Assembly: GCF_009914755.1 (NCBI RefSeq)
Contig: NC_060930.1
Direction: 5' to 3' (one strand)
Origin: the human T2T-CHM13v2.0 reference genome, Homo sapiens
DNA: 64,000 bases
In this document: piece by piece, positions 26,984-40,310 of the stretch
Numbering within the stretch: position 1 is the stretch's first letter
Layout: each line of letters starts with the position of its first letter
The notes under the pieces: model-generated
Seen by the model: the letters and a program-made list of their open reading frames with translations, nothing else
Databases searched by the model: none
Told to the model about the DNA's origin: nothing
Position numbers and translations under genes: made by a program

Positions 26984-27360
26984 TGTATTAGTCTGTTTTC
27001 GTGCTGCTGATAAAGACATAACCGAGACTGGGAAATTTACAAAAGAAAGAGGTTTAATTGGACTCACACTTCCACATGGCTGGGGAGGCCTCACAATCAT
27101 GGCAGAAGGCAAGGAGTATCAAGTCACATCTTAAGTGGATGGCAGCAGGCAAAAAGAGAGAACTTGTACAGGCAAACTCTCATTTCCATTTTTAAAGCCA
27201 TCAGATGCCATGAAACTTTTTCGCTATCACGAGAAAATAGCACAGAAAAGACCCACTCCCATGATTCAATCATCTCCCACCGGGTCTCTCCCACAATACA
27301 TGGGAATTATGGGAGCTACAAAATGAGATTTGGGTGGGGACACAGAGTCAAACCATATCA
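26984..27360 (-). mobile_element. THE1 solo LTR inside L1 ORF1
   Basis: TGTATTAGTCTGTTTTC...GCTGCTGATAAAGACATA...GGGGACACAGAGTCAAACCATATCA. Confidence 0.92.
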
Positions 27361-30241
27361 CCACCATGCACATTATAGTAAAAAGTTTGAAAAATAAAGG
27401 CTAGGGAGATATCTTGAAAGCAGCAAGACACAAATAATTCAACATGTACAAGAAAATCTCAGTAAGGTTAACAACTAAAATCTGATCAGAACCAGTGGAG
27501 GCCAGAAGGTAGTGAGATGACATATTTAAGTGCTGATAGAAAAGGTCAACCAGCAATTATATGTCCAGGAAAACTACATTTCAAAAATGAAGCTGAAATA
27601 TGCCATTCCCAGATAAATGAGAGAGAAAGACAGAGAGAAATCTGCTAGATAGCAGATATGCCTTAAAAATATTAGATTAAGTTCTTCAGGCTGAAATTAA
27701 GTAATTATACAGTATATTTCAAAATCATGTAAAACTAAGAGTATTGGTAAAGTAATTACATTATGCAAGATATAAATGTATAGTTCTTTCTTCTTCTGGT
27801 CTAAATAGAATTATATAAAATGATATGCATCTAATTGTATTCTGGAGACTACAAGTGTTCCTTTAAAATTTATACATTGTATATTTCTATTACAATTAGA
27901 CATTCTGTAATTATAGAAATATATTTGGCAATAAGATGATAAAGAGGGTACATGGAAACAAACTTGTATTAGCTTAAGGAAATGATATCATATGGTAATT
28001 CAAATAAATAGGAACAAATCAAGAGACTAAGATATGGTAAAGAAGAAGGTTAATATTACAAACTCTATAAATATATTCTTGTTCTTTTTTTCTCTCAACT
28101 TATTTAAGGATATCAAAAATATTAATAATTATAACAATAAATTGATTCATTGTTCATATTTACATGCAATATATACAACAATAATAACACAAAAAGGGGA
28201 CATAATAGAGTTAAAGAAGAGCAAATTTTTCTATAACTTAATAGAATTAAGATAGTATATATCTGAAGTAGATTCTGAAAAGTTAGTATGTATATAGTAA
28301 TTCTAGGAAAACCACTAAGAAAATAACTCAAAAATAGAAAAAAAACTATTAAACAAATAAAATATTTAAGTAGAAACATATATTTAATGCAAAAGAAAAC
28401 AATAAAGAAGGAAAAGAGTCAAAACAAATGAGACAAAAAGTAAAGTGGCAGACCAAAATTTAGCTCTATCAATAATAGCATTAAATGAAAATAATCCAAT
28501 TAAAAGACAAGGATTGGCAGAGTAAATAAAAAACAAAAAGAAAAACAACACATGATTTAATCATATGCTGTGTAGAGGGGACACTTTAGATTCAGAGATA
28601 GAAACAAGTTGAAAGTAAAAGAATGGGAAAAGATATTACGCAAACAGCACTCATAAGAGAGCTAGAGTGGCCATCCTAATAGGAAAAATAAACCTATATA
28701 TATACACACATATATATATATAACTACAGATAATGAGAGATACTTTATTATAATGAAAGTGGTCAATTTTATGAGGAATGTATATGAGTTCAAAGCATAA
28801 ATGCAGCCTACAAAAGAGCCATGACTTACATGAAGCAAAAATGGAAAAAAAAAAAGGAAGGAAAAAGACATAATTGGCAATGATAGCTGGATAATTTAAT
28901 ACTTCCCTTTCAATAATGAATAGAACAAGCAGGCAGAGGATGAACAGAATATAGAATATTTGAACAAAAGAATAAAACTATAAAATCCAAAAGACGTAAC
29001 AGATAGCAATAGAACACACCACCAAAAATCAAGAGAATATCCATTCTTCTGAAGTAAACATGGAACATTTTTTCCAGATAGACAATATTCTAGGCCATAA
29101 AACAAGCCTCAATAAATATAATAGGACTGAAATAATCCAAATCATTTTCTTTGACCACAATACAATGACATTGGGAATCAATAACATAAAGAAATTTGGA
29201 AAATTCAGACATAATATAAAAAATTGAAAAACGTACCTTTAAATAACCAATGGGTCAAAGAAGCATTGAAAGGGAAATTGGAAAATACTTTGAAATGAAT
29301 AAAAATGAAAAAACAACATAGCATATATTATGGAATGCAGCTAAACAAATTATTTAAGGGAAATGCATAACTGTAAATGCCTATATTAAAAAAGAGTAAT
29401 TTCAAATCAACAATCTAATGTTCCATGTTAAGACACTAGTAAAAGAGAACACAAACTAAAGCAAGCAGAAGGAAGGAAATAATAAAGATTACAGTGAAAA
29501 TAAACGGATTAAGGAATAGGAAAAAATAGAAAAATTTTTTAAAAAGTTGGTTTAATATGAAAATCAGGTAATGTGATACACATCATGAGAGTAAAAGACA
29601 AAAACACATAATAATCTCCATAGACTCAAGAAGAGCATTTGACAATATTTAACTTGATTTCATGAAAAAAATATTCTCAACAAGCTGGGAATTGAAGGGA
29701 ACTTCGTAAACCTGATAAGGGGCATCTAATCTCTAGCAAATATTCTTTGCAATAGTGAAAGTCTGAGTGCTTTCATCTGATGGTCAGAAATAAGACATGT
29801 ATTTATACTCTTTCCAGTTCTATTAACTTGTATTCATAGAAGTTAAGTCAGAGAAATTAGACAAAAAATAAAGACATCCAGATTTGAAAGGAAAAAGTAA
29901 AACTTTGTTGAGAGATGATAATATTTTGTGAATAGAGCATTCTAAGGAATTGGCTAGAAAACTATTAAAACTAATAAATGAGTTCAGTAAGGTTGCAGAG
30001 TAGAAGATAAATATAAACATCAATTGTATTTATATATTAGCAGAGAAGAATTCAAAATGAAATTAGAAAATAATTCCATTAACAAAGAACAAAATCACAA
30101 TTAAAATATTCTATTTTTAAAAGAATTGCAATTTTATACTCGGAAAGCAACAAAACATTTTTGAAGAAATAAAATAAGGCTTAAATAAAAGTAAAGACTT
30201 CCTGGATCATGGATAGGAAGACTTTATAAGGATAAACTAAT

Positions 30242-30393
30242 AAATTGATATACAGATTCAATGTAATCCCTCCCTGTCAAAACTCTAGCCTCTCCAAATT
30301 GATCTACAGATTCAATGTAATCTCTCCCTGTCAAAACACTAGCCTTCCCAAACTGATCTACAGATTCAACGTAATGCCTCACTGTCAAAACTC
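30242..30393. repeat. Minisatellite, about 2.8 x 54 bp, inside L1 ORF2
   Basis: AAA(T/C)TGAT(A/C)TACAGATTCAA... starting at 30242, 30296 and 30350. Confidence 0.92.
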
Positions 30394-31085
30394 CTGGTGA
30401 CTTTTTGCAGAAATCTACTCTATAATTCATATGAAAACTCAAGAGATTTAGTACAGTCTCTTTTTAACTGGTATTGCAAAGAACAACACAATTGGAGGAC
30501 TTACTACAAAGCTGCAGCAGTCAAGACAGTGTGTTACTAACATAAGCATAGACATAGATTGATAGAATTGACAGTTCAGAAATAAATAATTATATTTACA
30601 GTCAATTGATTTACAACAAAAGGTTCCAAGATAATTCAGTGGAAGAAATTGCACTCAATTAGATATCAATATGCAAAAAATGAAGTTGGACCTTTCCACA
30701 CATACCATACACTAAAATTAACTCAAATGAATCAAATGCCTAAATGTAAAAGCTAAAACTTTAAAAACACTTAGAAGAAAATATAGAAGTAAATCGCTGT
30801 GATCTAAGATTAGGAAAAACTTTTTAGATAAGACACCAAAAGCGTAAGTGATGAAAGGAAAAAATAATAAATTTAACTGCATCAAAACAAAAACTTTTTT
30901 GCTTAGGGCACCATGAAAAAAATGATAAGATAACCAACAGAATGGGAGAAAATGTTTGCAACTTAAATAGCTGCTAAGAGACTTGAATCTTTTCATATTT
31001 TATGTATCTAGAATACATAAAATAACTCATACAGCTCAACAGTACAAGGCAAATGACCCAATTTAAATAAAATAGGCAAAGAATA

Positions 31086-31522
31086 TTGTTGTTGGAATTC
31101 TCAAGACCATCTTCACTTTCCTTGATTCACTAGAAAAACTCACAGAACTCAGAAAACCTGTTACACCTGCGGTTATGATTTACTATTAGAAAAAATACAG
31201 ATTACATTTAGCAAAGAATAAAGGCACATAAAACAGAGTCCACAAGGTACCAGACAAAAGCTTCCAATTTTCCTCTCTTATTGTGGCCATATAGACAACA
31301 CTTAATTCCCCCAGCAATGATGTGTGACAGCAGCACAAAATAGTGCTAACTAGGGAAGATTACCCGGTGAGCCTAGGTGTGGAGGGTTTTACTGGGAATC
31401 AGTCAAGTAGGCATAAAATGCAAAAACAATTGACCTTATTTACTCAATGTTCAGACCCTGCCGAGGTAAAACCGACATGTGGTCTGATGCATACACCAAA
31501 AATCACATTGTTAGCATAAACA
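31086..31522. mobile_element. MER68-like (ERVL) LTR, truncated, inside L1M
   Basis: CAAGACCATC...GATTCACTAGAAAAACTCACAGAACTCAG...CCCAGCAATGATGTGTGACA...AAATCACATTGTTAGCATAAAC. Confidence 0.7.
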
Positions 31523-31690
31523 CAGCATACACAAAAAGTTGGGCAAGAATCTTCCTAGCATTACTTATAATAGTTGGAAAGAGGAAATGACACAAAAATC
31601 ACATTGTTAGCATAAACACGGCACACACAAAAAAGCTTGGCATGAATCTTTCTAGCATTACTTGTAATAGTTGGAAAGAGGAAATAACAC
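31497..31690. repeat. Tandem duplication, 2 x ~96 bp
   Basis: CAAAAATCACATTGTTAGCATAAACAC...GGAAAGAGGAAAT starting at 31497 and 31593. Confidence 0.95.
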
Positions 31691-32194
31691 ACGTGTCTAT
31701 TAGCTGATGAATGGGTAGATAAAATATGGGCAATTCCTACAATACAGTATTATCAGCAATAAAAAGGGATAATGGTACAACATGGATGCCTTGAAAACAT
31801 GATGCTAAATGAAACACGCCTGTCACAAAAGACCACATATTACATGATTCCATTTATACAAAATGTCCAGATGGTCAATTCTATGAAGAAAGAGAGTAAT
31901 GTTTATCTAGGGCATATAAGATTGAGGGGATAATGAGAACAGAGTTTTTTGGAGGGCTGATAAAAGTGATCTACAATTGACTGTGATGATGATTGCAAAA
32001 CTTTGTAAATATACGAAAAGGAATTTAATCTGATGCTTTAACTATGTGAATTTTAGGGTATGTGAATTATATCACAATAAAGCTCATACAAAAAGTCTTT
32101 CTGGAAGACATCTGCTTATACCTCACTGATCAAAAATTCAGTCAGATGGTCATTCCTTGCTGCAAGAGATGGAGTGCCTAAAGAATAAAAGATG

Positions 32195-32875
32195 CTTTTA
32201 GCTTCTCTCTCTTTTTTAGTTAGACTAGTAAAAAGTTTGTTGATTTTGTTTATCTTTTTTAAAAAAAACCTCTCTTTTGTTTATCTTTTCTATCATTTTT
32301 CTAGGATTTATTTGATTTCTTTCTGCTCTGACGTTATTTCTTTCCTGCTATTAACTCTGGGCTAGTTATTCTTCTCTTTCTGTTTTTTGAGGTTTAATAT
32401 TAGGTTGTTTAGTTGTGATCTTTCTGCTTTTCAGATGTGTTTATTGCTATAAACTTCTGTCTTAGAACTATTTTCACTGCATCCTATAAGCTTTGGTATG
32501 TTGTGTTTCCATTTTCATTTTTCTCAACATATGTTTTAATTTTGCTTTTAATTTCTTCCTTGATCGATTGGTTGTTTAGGATCATGTTGTTTAATTTCTA
32601 CATATTTATAAATTTTCCAAATTTTATTCTGTTACTGACTTGTAGTTTCATGCCATTATGTTCAGAAAATATACTTGATATGATTTCAATTTTCTTAAAT
32701 TTATTAAGATTTGTTTTGTGACCTAACATATAATCTATCCTGGAGAATGTTTTGTGCACTTGAGAAAAATGTGTAGTCTGTAGGGATTGAATGGAATGTT
32801 CTGTATACGTCTATTAGGTTCCTTTGGTCTGGTCTAGAGTGTAGTTCAAGTCCATTGTTTCCATATTGATTTCCT
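32195..32875 (-). mobile_element. L1M ORF2 (endonuclease-proximal) fragment
   Basis: TTTATTGCTATAAACTT...TTTGGTATGTTGTGTTTCCATTTTCATT...ATCTATCCTGGAGAATGTT. Confidence 0.85.
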
Positions 32876-34661
32876 GCCTCCCTGAAACAATAGAATCCAC
32901 TCCCTTCTCATTATAGGCATTAAGGAGTATTTTTTAAAATGACCACATCTACCATCACTTATGGTATTTTTAAATGGGGGTAATTTTCTCCTTATTTAAA
33001 GCAAACTGCTGTCTACACTCTGAGCAATCCATGTATATATATATCCATGTGCATGTATCCACGTATATGTATTAGGGATCAGTGTGCGTGTGTGTCACAC
33101 AAAAATACAGTGGGGGAAGTATGCCTCTTGAAAATGCCTGGAAAGCTGTCAGTAAAAATTACTAGTTCTATGTAGTAAATAAATATTAACATGTTACTTG
33201 TTGAACACCACCGTGCAACTACTTAGTTGCACAGTCCAAGATTGGCAAATCTTTATCATCCTTTAGGTTAAGGTAGTTTATAGAACTTAGGGGAGAAAAA
33301 GAGAAGCTATGCATCCCGTATCACTTCTTGTTAATTTTTTTGTCAGATTATACTTCCCAAAGTGCATATGGAATCATATTGGGCCCCGCCTTATACATAA
33401 TTATTTAAATTTCATTGGTTATCTGAATATTCTGAATAATAAATTCTCCAGCCAGGCATTTTCCAGTAGTAGTATTTTTCTAATATTCTTCCTAATATGC
33501 CTCCCTCCTGCTGCTCACTGTTGTATCTCCATGTTTAAAGTTGTATTACTTTTACTGCTTCCAGTAGGACTCTGATAAACTCTTATGGGTTTTGTTAATG
33601 TTATTTCTACCTGAAATTCTCTCTGACTCCCAACTTTCTGTGTTAATATTAACTCATTCTTCCAGGTACACAATTGATTATGTATCTGCCATATTCTGTT
33701 TTCTTAACCCCTCAATATTCTCTTTTCTTTCAACCTTTGAATGTTGCTTGATTTGCATTTTAATATGGCATTTATGTTAATTCACCTTGGGTTATGAATA
33801 TTTGAGTAACTTTCTTTATGTAGCTAAAGATTTCAAGCCCTTTGATGGAAGTTACTGCATCCTCGTTTATATTTCCAACACTGAAATTTGCATAAGGAAG
33901 GGGTTCAAGGTATAGAATTGAGAGAGTCTTAGTGACCCATAATGGAGAGATACTACATATATTTCTTGAATATAATTGTGCATTAACAACTGATGTTATA
34001 CCAATACTCAGCAACAAAACATATTTCAATATAGCAGAAAACAGAGCATGTAGAAGGAGATGACTATGGGAAGACAAGAGTACCTCGGGGGCCAGATGGG
34101 CAGCAAGAAAATTACCATATATTATTTAGCAAACTGGTAAGCAATCTCCTGAGAACCAAATTCAAGGTCTTATTACCCTATTTGAACTCCTGAGGTTTTT
34201 TAGAGCTCTGCTTATTTTCAAAATGAAAGACTTTCAAACACAGGCTGCTGTCACCTTTAGGGATTAAAATATTCACCAAGGTGAGAGGATAGAGCAGCTT
34301 TGAACAAAATCAACCACTTGTGGTTAGCAGAGAGGATGCTGAGGTCTTGATCTTGTTTGCTTCATGTACCATGTTCAGCTTTCCAAATATAAAAAAAAAA
34401 AACAGGAAAATTGTCAATTATACGTATGTTTAAGAAATTAGTCGACATCTGCCACCTGGGACCGAATATTACCTCCAGTATTTTTCCAGTTATTTAATGT
34501 TTCTAAAAAATATCTACAATGCTCTAAAGTTCTGTTATATCCAGTAAATTTTCTTTTTCACAGCCTTAGAACTTATATCTGGAGAGCTATAGGATAACGA
34601 TAATGGAGGTCTTTAAAATCTTTTTTTTTTTTTTAAGAAAGCATGCAGCTATGGTACTTAC

Positions 34662-34851
34662 AGCACTACATTGCTTATCTAGAACATGGGAAATGGAGAA
34701 ACTGTTTAAAGTCATATGATAGGTTATTATTTTGGTTAATGTGGAATGTTTATCTGACAGGCTTATTGAGTTTGATTTGTGTGCATAACTCCACAGCAAA
34801 TCTACAGCTTATCTGATATCCCTTCCCCCCACAAACTGACGAATGCACCAT
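34662..34851 (-). other. Candidate exon (190 nt if internal; could be an alternative last exon)
   Basis: Acceptor with a ~35-nt T-rich tract ...TTTCTGTTTTTTCAG|ATGG; donor GCT|GTAAGT at 34661; stops in all frames. Confidence 0.3.
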
Positions 34852-35426
34852 CTGAAAAAACAGAAACAAACAAACAAATAAACAAAAAAGCCCACCTGGA
34901 GTATTAAAGTGATTTAACCAGTATGATTTATGCTAATGGTACAGAAGAGAATATTTTTTCATTCTCAGAAACATAACAGGCAATTGATGTGCCATATTGC
35001 AGTATGGTTTTAGCTATCAACATGTCAAGATTTAGTTTTGCTGTTAACATTTTACAATTTAGAAGGCTCTAAGAATATGTGCAGTGTAGCAACAACACAG
35101 GCTTAATTCCCTCAGCTATATTTATTGGGAGCTCATTTTTCCCTCTTTTATAGAAGAAAATTGAAAAAGAGAGAGAGTAGGAGAGACAGACAGGCATCCA
35201 CTCGGTATTTCATTTTCTTTATTATGTCAAGTAATGAGAAATAAAGAGACAAAAAACAAAGTTCTTAATAGCTTATGCTGAGACCAAAGAGGATTTGAGG
35301 CAGAGGAATCCATCATACATTTTTATTGGTTTAATATCGCCCACAGATAACCATATGAAGGAATGTACCACTTGATTCTAGACCCTCATCAATTACAAAA
35401 GTCTCAAGGTTAAGGATGTATTGTAC

Positions 35427-35471
35427 CTGCTACTGGAATGAGAGTTCCTGTTGATGTTGCCATACATAAGA
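35427..35471 (-). other. Candidate 45-nt exon
   Basis: TTTTCCCCTGCTTCTTACTCACTATGTTAG| ... CAG|GTACAA; length is a multiple of 3; two frames are open. Confidence 0.25.
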
Positions 35472-35644
35472 CTAACATAGTGAGTAAGAAGCAGGGGAAA
35501 ATTACCAGAAAGTTCCATATTGTACTTCAAGTTTATTACTACCAGGCAGTGGCTTCCAGTGAAAGGGCAAGGCTGCAGGGCTGCAGCAAACATGGCTAAG
35601 TTACTGGATAAAAAGTAAATTAGTGTAAAATGTAAATTTATTAC

Positions 35645-35710
35645 CTTATCAGGACTCAATCGGTAACATTAAGGACAAGAACTTCTTTGGCTGGTAATCT
35701 TTTTCTGGCT
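35645..35710 (-). other. Candidate 66-nt exon
   Basis: ATATTTTATCTATATAG| ... AAG|GTAATA; every frame has a stop less than 30 nt before the donor. Confidence 0.25.
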
Positions 35711-36451
35711 CTATATAGATAAAATATATTTAATATTGATGCTGTTGAGGCTATTATCAGTATTGATATTTATGTAACCATCAAGTCTCAAGCTCGATAC
35801 CAGACACAAAAACTTAGATAAATGTGATATGTAGTATATTCACAGATATTTATTTCATGACCAAATAAAATAACTTTAAGGTCTGCATACATTTTTAAAA
35901 TTGTATTTCACAATGAGCCAGATGGAGTTATTTTTAAAGTAATTCTATTTTAAAGAATTTTGAAAGAAAGGATTTTCCTTTTAAAACAAACTCAGCTATT
36001 CATCAAAAAGAGAGAACATTATGTTCTTGGCTATGGTTTTCTTTAAAGAACTCAACATAAACAAAAGAAAGAAATTATAGAATGTGTGTTTTATTTCCCC
36101 TGCATGCAAGATTGAAGTCATATTGACTTGAGAGAAAAAAATAATTTTTAAAAAATGTATGTGTGTATGTGTGTGTACAATGGTGCTATTTACTGCATTT
36201 TCACATATGAAATTAATACCTTTCTAATCAGCAAAATAACTGGCTCTTTTTGGTTGTTTACATCTTATTCTTTTTCAGCATATGACAGAATGTATTTTAG
36301 AGCACTTATATTAAGGCAAATGGTGGCTACTTCAGTTATCATTGTGTTAATCTTAAAAATAACCTAACAATAAGCAGGAAAATTGTATGTTTGTGTGCTT
36401 ATTAGAAAAAAGCCTAGGGGATGAGAAAATGCAGGTAAGGCAGTGCTGGAC

Positions 36452-36735
36452 TATTTTTTACAGTAGTTTTAGAGTCATAGTAAAATTGAGGGGATGGCAC
36501 AGAGATTCCCCACATACTCACTACCCCCACACATGAATAGCCTCCTCCATTATCAATATCCCCCACCAGAGTGGGACATGTGTTACAACTGATGAGCTTA
36601 CATTAATACATCATTATCACCCAAGTTCATAGATTATATCAGGGTTCACTCTTGGTGTTGTACATTTTTGGGGTTCGGACAATTGTAAAATGACATTTAC
36701 TCTCCATGTCTTTACTACCGTAGGGCTATCTAATT
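36452..36735 (-). mobile_element. L1MC/MD 3'-end fragment
   Basis: AAAATTGAG...CAGAGATTCCCCACATAC...CCCCACCAGAGTGG...CATCATTATCACCCAAG. Confidence 0.75.
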
Positions 36736-37101
36736 TTAAAGTATGATTGAAATATTTTCTACCACATAGGGGACAGAATAAAGAGGACAAAATGTCAGCC
36801 TTTATTTGGCAAGTCATTCAGCCAAGAATATTCTGGATTTTAGGTACAGATCGCTCCAAAATGTTTTAAGTTTTACATGGCAAATTTTTAATTTTTAAAT
36901 TATGTAATTCTAAACATTGGTGAGTTGATAACATTAACTCAGTGACCGCCTCTATTGAGTGAATAATTCAAAATAATTTCTAAAATAGGTGCAGAGTATC
37001 ACAACTGTGTTTATGTTTGTGAATCGTCAGGACCTAACAATGTGTATTACCCCAGAACCAGTTCAATCAAGGGCCCCATTATAACTTAAGGCAGAGATGT
37101 T

Positions 37102-37103
<2 letters not shown>

Positions 37104-37136
<33 letters not shown>

Positions 37137-37804
37137 TTCATATTATACTTTTAGTTCTAGGGTACGTGTGCACAACTTGCAGGTTTGTTAACATATGTAT
37201 ACATGTGCCATGTTGGTGTGCTGCACCCATTAACTCGTCATTTACATTAGGTATATCTCCTAATGCTCTCTCTCCCCACTCCCCCCACCCCACAACAGGC
37301 CCTGGTGTGTGATGTTCCCTACCCTGTGTCCAAGTGTTCTCATTGTTCAATTCCCACCTATGAGTGAGAACATGTGGTGTTTGGTTTTCTGTCCTTGCGA
37401 TAGTTTGCTCAGAATGATGGTTTCCAGCTTCATCCATGTCCCTACAAAGGACATGAACTCATCCTTTTTTATGGCTGCATAGTATTCCATGGTGTATATG
37501 TGCCACATTTTCTTAACCCTGTCTATCATTGATGGACTTTTGGGTTGGTTCCAAGTCTTTGCTATTGTGAATACTGCCATTGCTGCAATAAACATATGTG
37601 TGTATGTGTCTTTATAGCAGCATGATTTATAATCCTTTGGGTATATACCCAGTAATGGGATGGCTGAGTCAAATGGTATTTCTAGTTCTAGATCCTTGAG
37701 GAATTGCCACACTGCCTTCCACAATGGTTGAACTAGTTTACCGTCCCACCAACGTGTAAAAGGGTTCCTATTTTTCCACACCCTCTCCAGCACCGGTTGT
37801 TTCC
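37104..37804 (-). mobile_element. 5'-truncated L1PA5-like LINE-1 (701 bp) with a (TAAA)n tail
   Basis: ORF 37347..37793 is the L1 ORF2 C-terminus (...MFSLIGGN). Perfect 16-bp TSD AAGGCAGAGATGTTTT at 37088-37103 and 37805-37820. Confidence 0.95.
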
Positions 37805-38230
37805 AAGGCAGAGATGTTTTTTCAGCCTCTCAGGCAGTGTTGGTATTCTTCCCAAGATGTTTGCAGTGGATATTTCCTTTGTATTAAAACAGCAAAATTT
37901 ACTTTCTTGTTTCCAATAGCATCATAATTTTGGCTGGTTTGTAGTTAGTTTATGAGCTTCTGAAGCTTTGGGACCATGTCTTTTTCATTTTTGTATAAAT
38001 GAGATAATAAATGTGAAAGTGCCAGGTTTGTACCAAAAACAAAGCACATATGCTACTTCAAAATCTTACTGAGAACAAGTTGGGTATAAAAACAAAACAC
38101 TGGTATATATTTTAGGCTCAACGGAAAATGATGCCAAATTATATAAAGTCCCAAGGTAGTGACTCCTGGGCTGAAGAATACAGACAGCTATAAGGCAAAC
38201 TATCTTCAATTACAGAGATTAAATGCATAC

Positions 38231-38267
38231 CTGGACAGATCTGATCTATTTTGTAGAGTGCCCCATA
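38231..38267 (-). other. Candidate 37-nt exon
   Basis: CCTGTTTTACGTACTGTAG| ... CAG|GTATGC in unique DNA. Confidence 0.25.
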
Positions 38268-40094
38268 CTACAGTACGTAAAACAGGCCATTGTTAAATTA
38301 TTTTCAAAAGATAAGCCATTTAAAAACCAATGTGGTGTAAGAAAATATTATCCCAATGTAAAACAAAATTTTTCAAAGTGGCTATAATGAAAGGCCTTGC
38401 AATAGCCATTTCATAAAAAGAATTCTATCTAACAGCACAGCCCATAAAATGAAATTATGTTCTCTCTGTATATGTCAGCACTGATGATATCTAATCAATA
38501 ACTGTGTTGTTGTCAAGCTCAGGTTGAATTTGTGGGAGGAAAGATATGACATAGTACACCTATACAATTGCATACAGGTGCATTCATTTATTTTAACCAA
38601 AATATCCCTTCAAAAAAGCTAAAGAGAAGCAGTTATACATTTAGGTTAGTGACAAAGTATTTCTAATATATCTTAAAATAGGCTGATTGGAGAATTAAAA
38701 TATTTCCATTTTTGTCTCAATAACTGTTTAATAGACTTATGTTTACCTTGTTTGTTGTGTTTACATATTAAATAAAGAAAAAATGGGGTAGGGGAAATTT
38801 CTATTAAGTATATGGTCATTATAGTCAATTAGAACTAAATATTAATTCTGATATTTCTTGAAATTTGAAAGCAATAAGTTTTTAGAAATATATTTGTTAT
38901 TAGAACCAACAATCTTTAATTTGTTAATAACAATAATACCATCTGTTACTTGTTTTACAGTTCATGATGCTTTTATGTAATTATAATTTTAGTACTTAGT
39001 GCTTCCTATTTGACATGTAGAAGATATGCATTATTATCCCATGAGTGTATTAGAAAATCAAGATTTCACAACCTTAAGTCTCTTTCTCAAATTAAAAAAA
39101 AATAGGAAGTAAAATCATAATTTGTATGTAAGTGTATTTCACTCTATAGCACATGCCCTATAACCTAAATGATTTGTTCTATAAGAATTGTTTCATTAAT
39201 TTTTATAAGAATGATTTACTGTCCTGCAAACACATGTCCTAGTTCTTGGTCACCATATAGATTTTGACTACATTCCATTTACCCTAACATCCTACTCATC
39301 CTTAAAGCCACTATTTTTGTTAAAAAAAAAATGACATAGTATATCCCCAAGTAAATGGCATCTAACTCTTTTTTGTCATAATATTTAAATTTTTCTCAAG
39401 GAACACTCCTTCAGAAGTATGTTTTGTCCTGAATTTGAGTAATTTTTTAATATTCCCCAATAGGAAACATAATATATTTCAGATTCAAATGATGTGTTAT
39501 TTGCTAATAATAATACCTTGCACCCTGCATATTTGAAGCCTTTCTTAGACACATGACACACATCCAAACAATTCAAGGTATGAAAATCCTACTATGGAAT
39601 GTCTCTTGAATGTTCTCCCTAACCCTCCTCCCATTACTAGTTTAATTCTACCAAATTTGTCAACTGCTTTCTATTGCTGAAACATTGCAGGGAGACACTG
39701 TATCCAGTCTTATTTTACCCTCCAATATATTATCTAAATTGATGCCAGACTTACCATTGGAAATTATCACCATCTGGCTACAAATGTTCAATAGCTCTCT
39801 GGAAATTCCAAGATTTCTGATATGACATGTGAAGCCCTCATAATCTGGCTCGTGTGTTATCACCACCCTCTCATCTTCTCACTATTTCTTTCCCTCTCCA
39901 GTCTCCTTATTCGATATGTCAAATCTGTTTTTGGCTTTCAAATATAAATAGTCATTTTTCAAAAAGGCCAAGGGACTAGATTATTCCAAGCAGAAGAAAC
40001 AACATGAGTAAAAGATCATGATTTGAAGTGGCACAGCGTGTACAGATAACTAATATAGTTGAGTACTGTAGTTTGGTAAAATGTGAGAGATGCT

Positions 40095-40310
40095 TTCATG
40101 TTGAGTCTTTCCTGATGCTGTTTTGATAAAAGTAATTATTCCTTTCTTGTTTCATAAATGTACCATATTTCGTTGTATTTATTTGTTTAGCTACTAAGAA
40201 AGTACCACCAGGGTTAGATTGGTTTTATATTTGTCTTTGCAGAACTAGAACCAAGCACAGTATTTGACTCATAGTAGGCACTTACATGTTTGTTAAACTA
40301 TTGAATTTTA
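40095..40310 (+). mobile_element. L2 3' end
   Basis: AGCACAGTATTTGACTCATAGTAGGCACTTACATGTTTGTTAAA matches the L2 terminus. Confidence 0.7.

Larger units (their letters stand above)
25330..32086 (+). mobile_element. Long decayed L1M (L1MB7/8-like 3' end): 5' region, ORF1 and ORF2 remnants, 3'UTR
   Basis: A-rich sense strand; ORF1 motifs (ATCTTGAAAGCAGCAAGA, GAGGCCAGAAGGTAGTG); EN/RT motifs (AATAACCAATGGGTCAAAGAAG, AGCATTTGACAA); ends TATGTGAATTATATCACAATAAAGCT. Confidence 0.85.
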
